NCBI GenBank assembly: GCA_918797485.1
Contig: CAKKNE010000004.1
Location: 3,968,001-4,032,000, forward strand
Source of the DNA: Pelagomonas calceolata
Taxonomy: Eukaryota
Direction of reading: 5' to 3'
Length of the DNA: 64,000 nucleotides
This document shows positions 20,301 through 29,057 of this stretch, piece after piece. Under the pieces are notes generated by a model. It did no database searches and was not told the DNA's origin. It worked only from the letters and a program-made list of their open reading frames with translations. The number at the start of each line of letters is the position of its first letter. The stretch's first letter is position 1. The translations under genes were made by a program, and so were the position numbers.

Positions 20301-23265
20301 GGGCGACCTGAGGACCTGGACTAGGACTTGTTTACATTGCGTCAAGTACCATCTTTGTGATGGTAATAAGAAAGCGGCGAAGGCCTTGCTTGTGAAAATA
20401 ACGGCTTTGGTGCGCAGTGCCTGTACGAAAGAAGATAGTCCGTTAGATAGCACGGTCTGCTGGGCGCAGCTCGAGTTGTTACTAGCTCGGTTGGACGCGG
20501 CGGAAGCCCACGAGAAGCAGGAAGCGTCGAAGGACGCCGTTGCGAGAATACACCGCGTCTTGCATGCCTTCGACGGTGTATCTGGAGGTGCGGAGCCGCA
20601 CCCGCTCTATCTCGACGCAATTGGTTTCTTAGCGAGATTGCAGAGTGGAGATGAAGCTCTAGAGACCATGGAGCGCGGCTTGAAGGGCGCGTCCCAACTC
20701 TACGCGGCGAGCTGGCCGTCAAATGATACGCAGACGTCTCGGTTGATATCGCCGCCGATCGCCCGTCGCTGTGCTTCATTATCCGTCGCTGTAGCAAGGG
20801 CGCGTCTCGAGCTCGCCAAAGCTAAGGGCGAGCACCTCTCGCAGACGCTGGCCGCGGCGCAAGTCGCGTCGAGCGGGGGCTCCTGCGTCGACACGTGGCT
20901 GGCCGAGACGAAGACGCCCGACGCGAGCGAGGCCGCGGATCGGTTGGAAGCGCCGCAGCTGGAGCGGGCCGTCGCTTTAGCGTGTGGCGCTGCTGAGTTA
21001 TGTGGAAGGAGCTGTCCTAGTGGTGGTGTCGCGTCTCTTGCAGTACTCGGCGAGGCCTTCGCCTTACGCGCCGGGTTCCTGGGGCGCTTCGACGAGGCCT
21101 GGGACGACGCCCACGTCGGTTTGCCCATTGTCATTGAAAAGGAAGTCGTCGAGGGCGAGGAGGTGGACGAGGAGGCGCCGAAGGAAACAAAACACGGCGA
21201 CTACGTCGCCGCGCCCATTGCCACGACGCCGCAGCTGCCCTGCTTCAAGGAGGCGGTCTCTTCCAACGCTAGTGGTGCTTTGACGGAGCTCGACGAAGCG
21301 CACGCCGTCGACGGCGCTCGTAGTGACCTCGAGGCGAACGACGCGGCCGACGCCGAGATCGCGGCCGCGGTCGCGCAGGCCCGGGCCGACGTGGCTGGAA
21401 CTGAGCCGGCGGAACCTTCAACACCGGACGCCGCGGCCGAGGCCGCGCGCCGGGCGGGCATCGCGGCACTATCAAATGCCGTCGCGTTCGGTCTGAAGCG
21501 GGGTCGCTTCGACGACGTCGGGCGGGCGAGCTGCGCGCTGGCGGAGACGTACGGCGTGGCGCGACCCCTAGATTGTGCGTGCGCGTTATTGCTCTCGCAG
21601 TCGTGCACGTCGCGACGGTTCCTGGCCGGCGTCTACCGCAAGGCGCTGGGGAGACGGGGTGTGAGCCGCCAGGCGGGCCTCGCGCGGTTGCTCGCACGGT
21701 GCGGCGGGCTCTGGGGCTGCGGCGCGGACCAGGGCAGCGACGACGGCGGGTTCGGGCTGGGCGCCTGCGACGACGCGCTGGGAGGCGGCGACCTGGAACT
21801 GGCGCCGTCGACGGCGCCGGGCGCGGCCTGCGACGCGGGGCGCGCCTGCGGCGTCGTGCCCTGGCTGAACGGCGGAGCGCTCGTCGCTGGTGCACCGCCT
21901 TCATTGATCCTGGCGCGGCCCCACGAGTACCCGGCGGCGGCGGCGGCGCGGCGCCACCTCGCGGCGCAGAGCGGCGCGTGGCGGCGCCTGGATCTCGGGA
22001 GCCAGCCGTCCGTGCACGAGTGCCTCGTAAGTTGCGGCGCGCAGCCTCTCTACGTGCTCTCGATCACGCTTTCGCCCGACAAAGACGTGCTGTACGCGGC
22101 TTTGGTTCGATGCGGCGACGGCGGGCCCGCGGAGGCGCGGGCCGCCGTGTCGCGCGTGCAGCTGACGACCGAGGCGCAGTCCGAGCTCGACGACCTGACG
22201 AAGGCGACGGCGCAGTGGCGCAAGACCGCCGAGCGGCAGTTGATGCGCTACGCCGACGACGCGGGCCCCGAGGGCGACTTCGTGGGAGGCGCGACGCCGG
22301 GCGACGAGGAGAACGCCGAGCCGAATACTGATGAAAACAAAGACGCGCTCGACACGGACATGGAGTCCTTCTTGGCACGGACGCAGAAATGGCTCGCGCC
22401 GCTCTTCGCGACGCGCCAGATGAGCGGGGCATTAAGAGCATTACAGGGCGAGCCGGCGGGGCTGGTGTTGCTGCTGGATCCTATTCTCCATTCATTACCG
22501 GTCGAGGCGTGCAAGGAGATCCGGGACACGCACCTCGGCGTGGCGCGCGACTTCTCGATACACGCGTTATTCGGAAGGCGCGCCGACGCCGCCGTCTGCG
22601 AGGCCGGGGACACGGCTTTTGTGGTGGACCCGCGGCGCGAGGATACGGGCTCGTCTTGCACGGACAAGCCGCGGCCGACGGTGCTGGAGAACTTCGCGCG
22701 CTATCGCGAGAACCCGAAACACATGGGGGGCTACAGCGAAGGCGTCGCCGGGGATGATCATATTGCCAAGGACGACGAGGTCCAGGAGCTGTTGCAATCT
22801 CGAAAATCGGGAGGCTACGTCTTCTACGGTCCTGGTAGGGCGGGCCCGCCGGCAGCCACGCTCGCGACGCTGTCGTGCGAGGGCGTACGCATGGCGCTGA
22901 TCGTCGATCGGGCCGATTCGGATTTGACCCAGCGGCGGCGGTCGAAGCAGGCTTCGGCCAAGACAAAGACCGACTTTTTACTCGAGGGACCGCTCGAGAC
23001 CGCTGCCCTGTATTGTTTAGCTGGAGCGGGCTCAGTCTTGATGAACCAGTGGGCCACCTCGTTCCACGCGAATCGGTTGTTGCTCGACGAGGTCCTGGCC
23101 GGTATCGGCGAGGGCGGCCTGACAATCGCCGAGGCGCTCCAGCGCTTCGGCGCGGCGGACGCGCTGCCGGGCGAGGAGGTCGACGAGGAGGCGCCGAAGC
23201 GGTTGAAATCGCGAGTCTCCCTCTGCCCCGCGCTGTACGGCTTGCCGACCATCAAGATGAAGTAA
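14353..23265 (+). CDS. CFAP46: Cilia- and flagella-associated protein 46 (TTC40)-like, 2970 aa, no introns seen
   Basis: Giant helical ORF; N-terminal FLCRA...RPRYDFLVYNAAVVLW, ELRSKLHFEVARCE, ELRSNIYKEP; C-terminal separase/CHAT-like region (LPVEA...VARDFSIH, SVLMNQW). Confidence 0.8.
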   Translation: MLHRTLRHDFAESEGLVDNSRNLDPIVRREQRQKAAELCRTTWAKLQKAREQAMLKSGHTSNFGLNSGELLVLAAECCAKNGLFDDARDCAEEFFVDDCATSQGSQDQFLCRAKFVQAQVECNNAKPLQGADGVRRRRLAWGYVLDALKIATDELNRPRYDFLVYNAAVVLWDIIYPLLRDGAARYAVMPLQTLCDALEEVDDQKDLDLRVRYQRALGLCYDDAEEASLAGQCLTKAKELAQRRCTIAQEEVDASTTSLEEASQALEAAKNERLALDNEDEDEVVVEDAPAPAPAPGDVPEDDATTATEATLDTAQRDSMAEYEAREKRKSDLEDARKAKRENALAKADAAVLRAEQARSDAEVRQTKAMEVTKVERTKLEDVLVHCVHVGVDVKSDVDGDMRAKSLVDIQGVKSALGTASPKDSLASLVTILGELGVEAPGSTPVPSDNEEEEEPEKATLATEAAEGVADAGRCALRVADFSDEGADFSKSECVALARRCALRAGHAKDAPPHARMKLDLLKCLLTARELDDQACVPLASVKSGGEKRKPLKEDATAAQREAAEAADRKLEAARREKLRGREVDAARLARRVEALKLLDRTLLAAKRLDAADVIEEGCVAAWNIGLPLLEPHLRKHVHRTFSLASSLLETYQSPLVELRSKLHFEVARCELAMDYIAKAAAEVEKSLGTDYGAIDDELVQKKLPEEAWEEGDPTEEADEPDEVQVADADPSREAHYQLRPLDRFVAPLGHRLELRSNIYKEPDTIEDKAMLLMDHALDAHDPRLQRRMLSQVADLLLSAEDSSTEPPPPVVGWAAAFAELANDSSEMVDVEGEEVPGPAWGAPRSALSYASAEADGSTEEPSQTPGENKMKRAALWAQLLQIAWEKHRATSRELCQQAAALVLRDAWPLDTHRLYVIQQVEAQYALAESYVDELTEVATATARHAADDKTAQAPPAWLALGVDANKVDALKTDEDEEDDEDDDDEEEDEDEDDAPVKKKVSVVHREAPQRLNALKRLVLGALIGGIKRAERLGIDSLCRNGVARLWNLHMHILQSKQYDCLLEEVVGALEQGREVLERIGSKDALLGAQLSELIARCYVQQGKKDPAASLCAQAASAYGLESPLIVKNLVELHALLKDAAPSPPSQGAPSSPRANTERIERTGVDDLALTAERAACFFDVLTRLEKLSRLAKGDDVTGLGGARELLEESLKKDAKAAATRRSAADKARKAAERQACPPSDHDLCRLALGDASREQDADALILRVELFARIAEQALRLDHTDEVHRNVANAIALLPPPPRPAATKDDIKAHDESESRCVKADATQETPFDAANTPSKAWRWGSVAELARGGAIQEQVAPGQDKSTQDNLYAAALSHFVRAARHAVAAQSYPELVVRSAEAMWNCSLHLSGSSVSRRLARSSLRCILACMRESGIVTAASLQVEANLLGLLLECFTDDGHFQAGLSYVDRALKDLNARETGEDDSKPAEKVLRRVMLEGRVKFLSRLGRSSGAGLKVEGDAAAKANVWATLARTAANPVQQLSAYQKCLDCVNGRFERVEYLVELAEWLVAQRASKNDAQTSLETAVDLLLEVEGTAPPLSHGTQTGSQYGSHISGTTTRKTTTRASQSSRPGTGHSQRSKTSRSGTSVHSGSSAGGVNRMPGAPKHLGATHYELLVRALAMLGELATNFNDRRRYLLLGAHYATSLYNLHVRSANSVAHKEHKDAARAARKAGEEYAMPEGPKFSGVESLCDWASLEISSDLLDHCRRAQHQKRQARNVLSQKTCHKVPLTAHHLCALSDGLCDLGYTAQALAPTVCLQLVGYLATTHESTPALAVLGGCRRARLLLELGATQAALKQLRALGGLGLTSKNEAEAPDATDVERLLEQRKTTEPVKKPEATEWKVRGLETRHIWCAIASECVSLEQPAAAATYLAGAYKHNDAFDDRKGAGRCAEVAAHIAYQKGEFKEAVMLVMAAQHAVGKTGDLRTWTRTCLHCVKYHLCDGNKKAAKALLVKITALVRSACTKEDSPLDSTVCWAQLELLLARLDAAEAHEKQEASKDAVARIHRVLHAFDGVSGGAEPHPLYLDAIGFLARLQSGDEALETMERGLKGASQLYAASWPSNDTQTSRLISPPIARRCASLSVAVARARLELAKAKGEHLSQTLAAAQVASSGGSCVDTWLAETKTPDASEAADRLEAPQLERAVALACGAAELCGRSCPSGGVASLAVLGEAFALRAGFLGRFDEAWDDAHVGLPIVIEKEVVEGEEVDEEAPKETKHGDYVAAPIATTPQLPCFKEAVSSNASGALTELDEAHAVDGARSDLEANDAADAEIAAAVAQARADVAGTEPAEPSTPDAAAEAARRAGIAALSNAVAFGLKRGRFDDVGRASCALAETYGVARPLDCACALLLSQSCTSRRFLAGVYRKALGRRGVSRQAGLARLLARCGGLWGCGADQGSDDGGFGLGACDDALGGGDLELAPSTAPGAACDAGRACGVVPWLNGGALVAGAPPSLILARPHEYPAAAAARRHLAAQSGAWRRLDLGSQPSVHECLVSCGAQPLYVLSITLSPDKDVLYAALVRCGDGGPAEARAAVSRVQLTTEAQSELDDLTKATAQWRKTAERQLMRYADDAGPEGDFVGGATPGDEENAEPNTDENKDALDTDMESFLARTQKWLAPLFATRQMSGALRALQGEPAGLVLLLDPILHSLPVEACKEIRDTHLGVARDFSIHALFGRRADAAVCEAGDTAFVVDPRREDTGSSCTDKPRPTVLENFARYRENPKHMGGYSEGVAGDDHIAKDDEVQELLQSRKSGGYVFYGPGRAGPPAATLATLSCEGVRMALIVDRADSDLTQRRRSKQASAKTKTDFLLEGPLETAALYCLAGAGSVLMNQWATSFHANRLLLDEVLAGIGEGGLTIAEALQRFGAADALPGEEVDEEAPKRLKSRVSLCPALYGLPTIKMK

Positions 23266-23285
23266 GTACTTCAGTAGATAATGTG

Positions 23286-24467
23286 CTAGCTCAACGAGTT
23301 ACTCGCAAAGATATCTGGCTCGACGAGGAGCCAGAACGCCGGCTCGGTATTGCACCACAGCCTGACGTTTGGGTAGGCGTCGGCCACGACGAAGAGGCCG
23401 TCGCGCGACGTGGCCGCATCGAAGCGTCGCCACGCGGCGTCGTGCGTCTCGAATCCTTCGCCACGCGTTGCCCGACCGACTGCGCCCCACACGGCCTGCG
23501 TGCACGAGAAGTGCACCGCCGACCCGTCGCCGAGATATGGTGACGTTCCCGCGTCGCGCGCCTGGTGCGCTAATAGTCCGTTGTCCGCAGACTCGTACGC
23601 CGCGCGCATCATATCCACAAGGTCACTTACGTCGCCGTCGAGGGCCAGCGCGTAGATCGCAAACGCGTCGTGCCACGAGTTGCGTCGCCGCGTGCCCGGG
23701 AACGGACCTAGATGGTTGATCGGCCGCTCACCACTTCGGTAGCCGAAGTCGTCGCGGAGCGCAGTCGCGGCCGCCGCCGCCGCAGCTGCGGCGCGGTCGC
23801 CTCCGAGCCGCCTGCACGCGAGGATCGCCATGGCTTGGTCGACGGAACGCCAATACTCCTGGCCGTCGGCGACGGCGCCGCGGCGGAAGCGGCCGAGCTT
23901 TTCGTCGAAGAATAGATCTAGGAATGTCTCCCCCATCTCTCCTATCCTGTCGTCGTCTGCGTCCTCGTTCAGCAACGAGTAGAAGATGACCGCGGCCGCA
24001 TTTGAGACGCAGCGGCGATCTCGCGAGGGCTCGTAGAAACCAGGCCGCTCGCCACCGCTTTCGACCGCCGCATCCGGCGTTTTCCAGATGTCCGAGGCCG
24101 TGCGCAGCCGGAATCCATCGTCGTAGTTAAGGTCGTAGAGCGAGTCACCGAGACGTTTTGCTGATGACCTCAACTCCTCCGCAATAGCCTTGCCAACCGG
24201 GCCGTTACCCATACGCCGCGCCGCCAGTAGGTGCGCCGCGCCGAAATGTGCGTTATGCCAGACGCCTTCGCCTGTCAGACCGGACTCGCGGTCGTACAAA
24301 TCCTCGAGCAGGTCGAGAGGTCGTTTACCGCTCGTCTTACGTTTCACATTGCTGAGCAATCGGAGGCTGCGGTCGAGCTCCCAGGTGCTTGCTGCTGGCG
24401 CAAGCGCCAGCGCCCTCCAGTATGCAGGCACTGTGAGTGCTGCCAAATGAATGAAGCATCGATGCAT
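23286..24467 (-). CDS. Hypothetical protein with signal peptide, possibly alpha/alpha-barrel fold
   Basis: 393-aa ATG ORF with coding-like composition; family not recognised. Confidence 0.6.
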   Translation of the reverse strand: MHRCFIHLAALTVPAYWRALALAPAASTWELDRSLRLLSNVKRKTSGKRPLDLLEDLYDRESGLTGEGVWHNAHFGAAHLLAARRMGNGPVGKAIAEELRSSAKRLGDSLYDLNYDDGFRLRTASDIWKTPDAAVESGGERPGFYEPSRDRRCVSNAAAVIFYSLLNEDADDDRIGEMGETFLDLFFDEKLGRFRRGAVADGQEYWRSVDQAMAILACRRLGGDRAAAAAAAAATALRDDFGYRSGERPINHLGPFPGTRRRNSWHDAFAIYALALDGDVSDLVDMMRAAYESADNGLLAHQARDAGTSPYLGDGSAVHFSCTQAVWGAVGRATRGEGFETHDAAWRRFDAATSRDGLFVVADAYPNVRLWCNTEPAFWLLVEPDIFASNSLS

Positions 24468-24586
24468 GAGACGTCACCTAGCACAGATGCGCCACTCCTG
24501 CGCTCGGAAAAAAGCGTCGCGTCGTGCTGAATCGATTTGTGCGCGCCACCAGCCGCTTGCAAATTGGAGACTTGCTTGCTTGCTTG

Positions 24587-24606
24587 CTAGTGTCTTACAG
24601 GCCTAG
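24587..24606 (+). promoter_or_regulatory. CTAG-bounded motif copy (CTAGTGTCTTACAGGCCTAG)
   Basis: 120 bp upstream of the 24467(-) start. Confidence 0.65.
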
Positions 24607-24611
24607 CGCAC

Positions 24612-25598
24612 TCAACAACAGGTCTCTCCCGACATGATCCCCGGCAGCATGTCCGGCGAGATGTCGAGGATCGCGCCGGTCACCATGGAGGCGCTCTCGC
24701 TGAGCAGGTGGACGACGGACGCGGCCGTGTCCTCGGGCCGCAATATGCGCCCCGACGGCGACGCCGCGTCGGCCTCGGCCAACCAGAAGCGGTTCGTCGC
24801 GCTCTGGCCGCGGTCCTCCGCGTCTGTCAGGCACCATCCCATATTGACCTGGTTGACGCGAATCCCATGCGGTCTCAACTCTGCGGCCGTGTTTTTCGTA
24901 AAACAAGCGAGAGCTGCCTTCGAACACGAATAGGCGAGGATAAAGGGCGCGCCGCCATGAGCGGCACAAGAACCGATGTTAACGACGGCGCCGCGCGCCC
25001 GCCGCTGCTTCAGGTGGCGCGCGAGCGCTTGCGTGAGCAGAAACCTGTGCGCGAATCAAGCGGTGAGTCGGGTTCGCTGACGTCGCGTCGATGGCGCGTG
25101 ATTTTTGCGCGCTGGTCTAGACGGCGCCTTGACATTAGTCGCCATCATCTCGTCCCACAATTCTGGAGTCGTGGTCTCGAGGTCGCCGCGCGGGAAGCAC
25201 GCCGCCGCCGAGTTGACGAGGAGGTCGACCGAGCCGAACTCTGCGACGGCTGCATCCATGATTTTCTTTGCCGCCGCCTCGCCGTCCGCGAGATCGACGG
25301 CTACGAAGGCCCGCGCGCAGATCTCACACGACGGGACTCCCGATGGACCATGAGCGGCTACTACTTCGCGTGCGATAGTGTCCAAGGTCTCCCCGCCACG
25401 CGTGGCATTCCTCCCCGTGACGAGAATGCCTCGCGCGCCCGCTCGGGCGCAGGCGATAGCAATGCACCTGCCCAGGCCACTCGTGCCTCCGGTGATAATG
25501 ACAGCCTTGCCCTCTAACGATTTGTCCACTCGGAGCGTCGAGAGCGGCGGACGACCATCGGTGGTCTTTGAGAGCGGCTGCTGCTGCATCGCGGCCAT
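24612..25598 (-). CDS. Short-chain dehydrogenase/reductase, 302 aa; exons 25598-25123 and 25044-24612
   Basis: TGGTSGLG Rossmann motif, LLVNSAA, NVKAP|FLL, VVNIGS, YSCSK catalytic YxxxK, GIRVN; GT-AG intron 25122-25045 with TIR-like ends. Confidence 0.88.
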
Positions 25599-25713
25599 CG
25601 CTGCGCACGGCTCGGTTTCGCAGCAGTGGCGACTCGTAGACGTCAAAATTAGTGGTTTCGCAAGCGAGACTGATAATTAGAGCAGTGCAGGCCTTTGGCG
25701 TGCTGCCTGTTTG

Positions 25714-25735
25714 CTAGTGTCTTACATCACGCTAG
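25714..25735 (+). promoter_or_regulatory. CTAG-bounded motif copy (CTAGTGTCTTACATCACGCTAG)
   Basis: Midway between divergent starts 25598(-) and 25829(+). Confidence 0.7.
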
Positions 25736-25828
25736 CCTGAGCCGCCGGGCGGAACGCAAGATCTCGAGTGTTTACGACATCCCTGGGGCATCTCTGCGCT
25801 GCTCGATAGCAACAACAGCACTTGAAGT

Positions 25829-26650
25829 ATGGCGGCGACCATCTCGAGGCAGCTCGATGCCTGCAACCTATCCGACATGCCAGACAAGCCAGCAACAGAG
25901 GCTTCTGCGGACTCACATGGCACCATGCCCTTTAGCACGGCTCAGAGCAGCGCCGTCCAATACATCCCGTCGTTATTGGACAGCGAAGACATCGCCGCGG
26001 TCTTTGCGTTAGGCGCGGAAATGAGCGACGAGCTCCAATGGGTCAATTTCGACCATTCGAGCGCGGTCACGTACCTGCATCGAGGCGACATGTTCGGCCA
26101 GCGCTGCCCAGTGGTCAAAGAAAAGCTCCGCCTGGCGGCCGTCGCCGCGGAACGCGCCCTCTACGGTAACGGGAAGCGACGGAAGCTCACGTTCCGCTGC
26201 GTCGAGCTCCACCGGTCGACGAGGAACGGGGGCCTGCCGGAGAAGGAGCACTACGACCGCGGCTCCGTCGTCACGGTCGACGTGCGGCTCTCGCCCGAAG
26301 GCGCGTTCTCGGGAGGGGAATTTAGAACGGTTGAAGCCGACGGGTCCGTCAAAGGCCACGGCGCGTCGTTCGCGCAGCCTGGAAACGCGATGGCCTTCGC
26401 GTCGCACAAGCGGCACCACGTCGCACCTGTCGAGACCGGCGAGCGCTTCGTGCTGGTCGCTGAGTTTTGGACGGGCGAGGCGCGCGTGTGCGGTCACCGA
26501 TGCACGCAGCGGCGCGGCCTCTGCGACGCGATGCTGGTCCGGGCCGACGAGGCCCAGGCCGTCGCGACGGACTGCTTCTTCGCGCTGCTCGACGCGGACG
26601 CGCTCGAGGCGGTCCACTCGCTTGATGACGACTCGAGCGGCTGCGAGTAG
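25829..26650 (+). CDS. 2OG-Fe(II) oxygenase family protein
   Basis: HYD motif, FSGGEF, HHVAPVETGERFVLVAEFW. Confidence 0.8.
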   Translation: MAATISRQLDACNLSDMPDKPATEASADSHGTMPFSTAQSSAVQYIPSLLDSEDIAAVFALGAEMSDELQWVNFDHSSAVTYLHRGDMFGQRCPVVKEKLRLAAVAAERALYGNGKRRKLTFRCVELHRSTRNGGLPEKEHYDRGSVVTVDVRLSPEGAFSGGEFRTVEADGSVKGHGASFAQPGNAMAFASHKRHHVAPVETGERFVLVAEFWTGEARVCGHRCTQRRGLCDAMLVRADEAQAVATDCFFALLDADALEAVHSLDDDSSGCE

Positions 26651-26687
26651 TAGTAAGAGGCCTATTTTAGACGAGGGCGAAGCGAAC

Positions 26688-27725
26688 CTATTCCTTCTGG
26701 GGCGAGGCCGACTCGCTCTTCTCGGCGAGCGAGGCCTCGGCCATCTCGCGCATGGCCTTGACGCGCGCGGCGCGGTCGCGCTCCTTCGCGTCCAAGTCGC
26801 GCTGGGCGTAGGCGAGCTGCCGCTCGGACGGCTTGGCCTCCGTCCAGTCGAGCGGGTTGTGCGTCTTCTTCTTGGACCAGGCGCCCTTGTTGATGGCCGC
26901 CTGGGCCCGGTTCTCGTTGTACATGTTGACGGCCTGCGCCGAGTAGTCCGTGTAGCCCGCCGTCTTGAGCTGGAAGCCGCCGATGATGTCGTTCTGGCGG
27001 CGCGCCGACGGCCCGCGGTGGCCCCAGGCCATCGGGCTTCCGGCCGTCTTGCCCCATCCAGACTTATTGCGCGCCGCGGCTTCGCGATTCCCAATATACT
27101 GCTCCATGCCCTCGCGCGCCGTACTGCCGACCTGCTCCTGCTGGATGGACTTCTGGGCCACGGGCTCGTCGGTCCAGTGGATGGGGGACCCCTGGTCGGA
27201 CTTCCAGCCCGCCTTGTTCTTCGCCGACGTCTCCATGTTCTCGCGGTACATCCAGATGCCGTTGTCGTTCGCGTGCCAGGCGCCGACCTCGCGCTGCGCC
27301 GTCTTGCCCTCGAACTGCTTGCGCTTCTGGATGCCGAACAAGGCCCTTTTCTGCGCCGACACGGGCACCTTGAGGGGGAAGACGCCCTCACATTTTCTAT
27401 TCTTGGCGAGCAGCTCGCTCTTGACCTTGTTGCCATAATTATAACACTCGCGCAGCTGCAGCTTCGTGTAGGGCTCGGGGTTGTCGCCTCTGGCCCCGCC
27501 GAGCTTCCACTTCGACGAGGCGCCGCCAATTTCATAGAACTCGGGCGCTTCTTGATTATACGAGCCGCCTCCGGCGTAGGGCGGCGGCCGCGCCTCGGCC
27601 CAGGCGCCCTTGTTCTTCTTCGCTTGAATACAATTCGCGTTGTACTGCGCGATGAGCTCCTCCTTGAAGCGCGGGTCGTCGGCCGTGAAGAGGGGCTCGT
27701 CGGCTATTTTGAGGGAAGTGGCCAT
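26688..27725 (-). CDS. Hypothetical repeat protein (NK-x-x-W repeats), paralog of 28146-28706
   Basis: 345-aa ORF with strong GC3 bias; shares MATSLKI.DEPLFTADDPRF and KKTHNP..WTEA with its neighbour. Confidence 0.75.
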   Translation of the reverse strand: MATSLKIADEPLFTADDPRFKEELIAQYNANCIQAKKNKGAWAEARPPPYAGGGSYNQEAPEFYEIGGASSKWKLGGARGDNPEPYTKLQLRECYNYGNKVKSELLAKNRKCEGVFPLKVPVSAQKRALFGIQKRKQFEGKTAQREVGAWHANDNGIWMYRENMETSAKNKAGWKSDQGSPIHWTDEPVAQKSIQQEQVGSTAREGMEQYIGNREAAARNKSGWGKTAGSPMAWGHRGPSARRQNDIIGGFQLKTAGYTDYSAQAVNMYNENRAQAAINKGAWSKKKTHNPLDWTEAKPSERQLAYAQRDLDAKERDRAARVKAMREMAEASLAEKSESASPQKE

Positions 27726-28145
27726 GGTCGGTTTCTCCCGCCGCTGGGCTGCCCTTTTTTGTTAGATTGCCGCCGGTGCTCACGCTACGGTACTACGAGG
27801 GGCTGCTTGGATGCGATGCGCTATTAGTGGCGCCGGACGAGCCTATAGAGACTCCCGCACAAGCCGCGCTGCGGAGAGCAATGGCCTAACTAGAAGCTAC
27901 CGGGCCGTGAAAAGCGCCCCGGCCGCGTGTCGCTCTCTCGCTTCGACCCCGGCGACGGCGTTCGACGCCTCCTCCACGCCGTCGCCGCCGTCGAAGCGGT
28001 TTTTCTCAGTAGTGCACGCGCGGCTAGGGGGGCAGAAGACTCCGGCGTTCCTATAGACGTCCACGCAGGCTGCTCTCCCATGTAGGCCATCGCCGCGGAT
28101 CTCGTCGCAGGGGCGTGCCACAGAAAAGAAGCCTAGGATGATTAC

Positions 28146-28706
28146 TTACGCCCGGCCCATCTTCCGGTACGCGCGCGCGCGGACGTTGCCCTCGAACCAC
28201 AACCCGATGATGCCCCGCGCGTCCTCGTCCGGTTTTACAGGAGGCTCCTTGGCCGGCTCCTCGTCCTCCTCCGTCAACTCTGGTTGAGGCGGCGCCCAGA
28301 CGTCGGGCGGCAGCAATTCGGACGAGCCCTGCACGATCTCCGGCTTCGCTGGGGTAATAACCTCCTCTTCCACCCCCTCTTCTTCGACCGATGCCTCCTC
28401 CACAATGCCGTCGGCTAGCCGCTGCTCCGCCAAAGAATCCTCGGCGAGCTGGACCATCGCCGCGACGCGCTTCCTTCTATCCGCCTCGGCGCGCGCCTCG
28501 GCCTCGGCGACGCGCTCCAGCTGCCGCGGCGCCGGCGCGGCCTCGGTCCATTCAATCGGGTTGTGCGTCTTCTTCGTCGCCCAGCCCGACTTATTGACCT
28601 TGGCCTGGGCGCAGTTCGCGCTGTACTGCCAGATCATCTCTTCCCGGAAGCGCGGGTCGTCGGCCGTGAAGAGGGGCTCGTCGGAGATCTTGAGGGAGGT
28701 GGCCAT
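28146..28706 (-). CDS. Hypothetical protein, short tandem paralog of 26688-27725
   Basis: Same N-terminus and KKTHNPIEWTEA block; acidic C-terminus. Confidence 0.7.
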   Translation of the reverse strand: MATSLKISDEPLFTADDPRFREEMIWQYSANCAQAKVNKSGWATKKTHNPIEWTEAAPAPRQLERVAEAEARAEADRRKRVAAMVQLAEDSLAEQRLADGIVEEASVEEEGVEEEVITPAKPEIVQGSSELLPPDVWAPPQPELTEEDEEPAKEPPVKPDEDARGIIGLWFEGNVRARAYRKMGRA

Positions 28707-29057
28707 CGTGTGTGGTGCTTGGTTGCCTTTTGGTCGCCGGCGTGCAGTGCTCGTAAGGGCTGCCTTTGGGTCGCTGGCGTGCGTTTCGATGGCTTGCTCC
28801 TCGCTTGCTCCTGGCGAGCGGGCAGGGCCTCTGGGCGTGTACAAAGGCGCTTCTCCGGTGGCCGCTGCAAAGGGCAGCCTCTCTCACGGGAATCCCTCTA
28901 GCCTCGGCAACATCGCCCTGGATCCGTAGTGGACGCGGCGACGGCGTCGTGGGATGGTCAGGACCACTCGCCGGCGCCGCTCGGAAGAGCCGGGACCCGC
29001 GCCCGACCGCGGCCGCGTCTAGAAAACCCCATAAGAGTCCACGCATAGACTTCCACA

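Noticed and set aside
24603..24620. SDR ending Cys-Cys-TGA as a possible C-terminal selenocysteine
   Set aside because: No SECIS-like stem seen downstream; the next gene's upstream motif follows immediately
26009..27827. Long ORFs 26009-27535(-) and 26331-27827(+)
   Set aside because: Alternative-frame or antisense shadows of GC3-rich real genes; low-complexity translations
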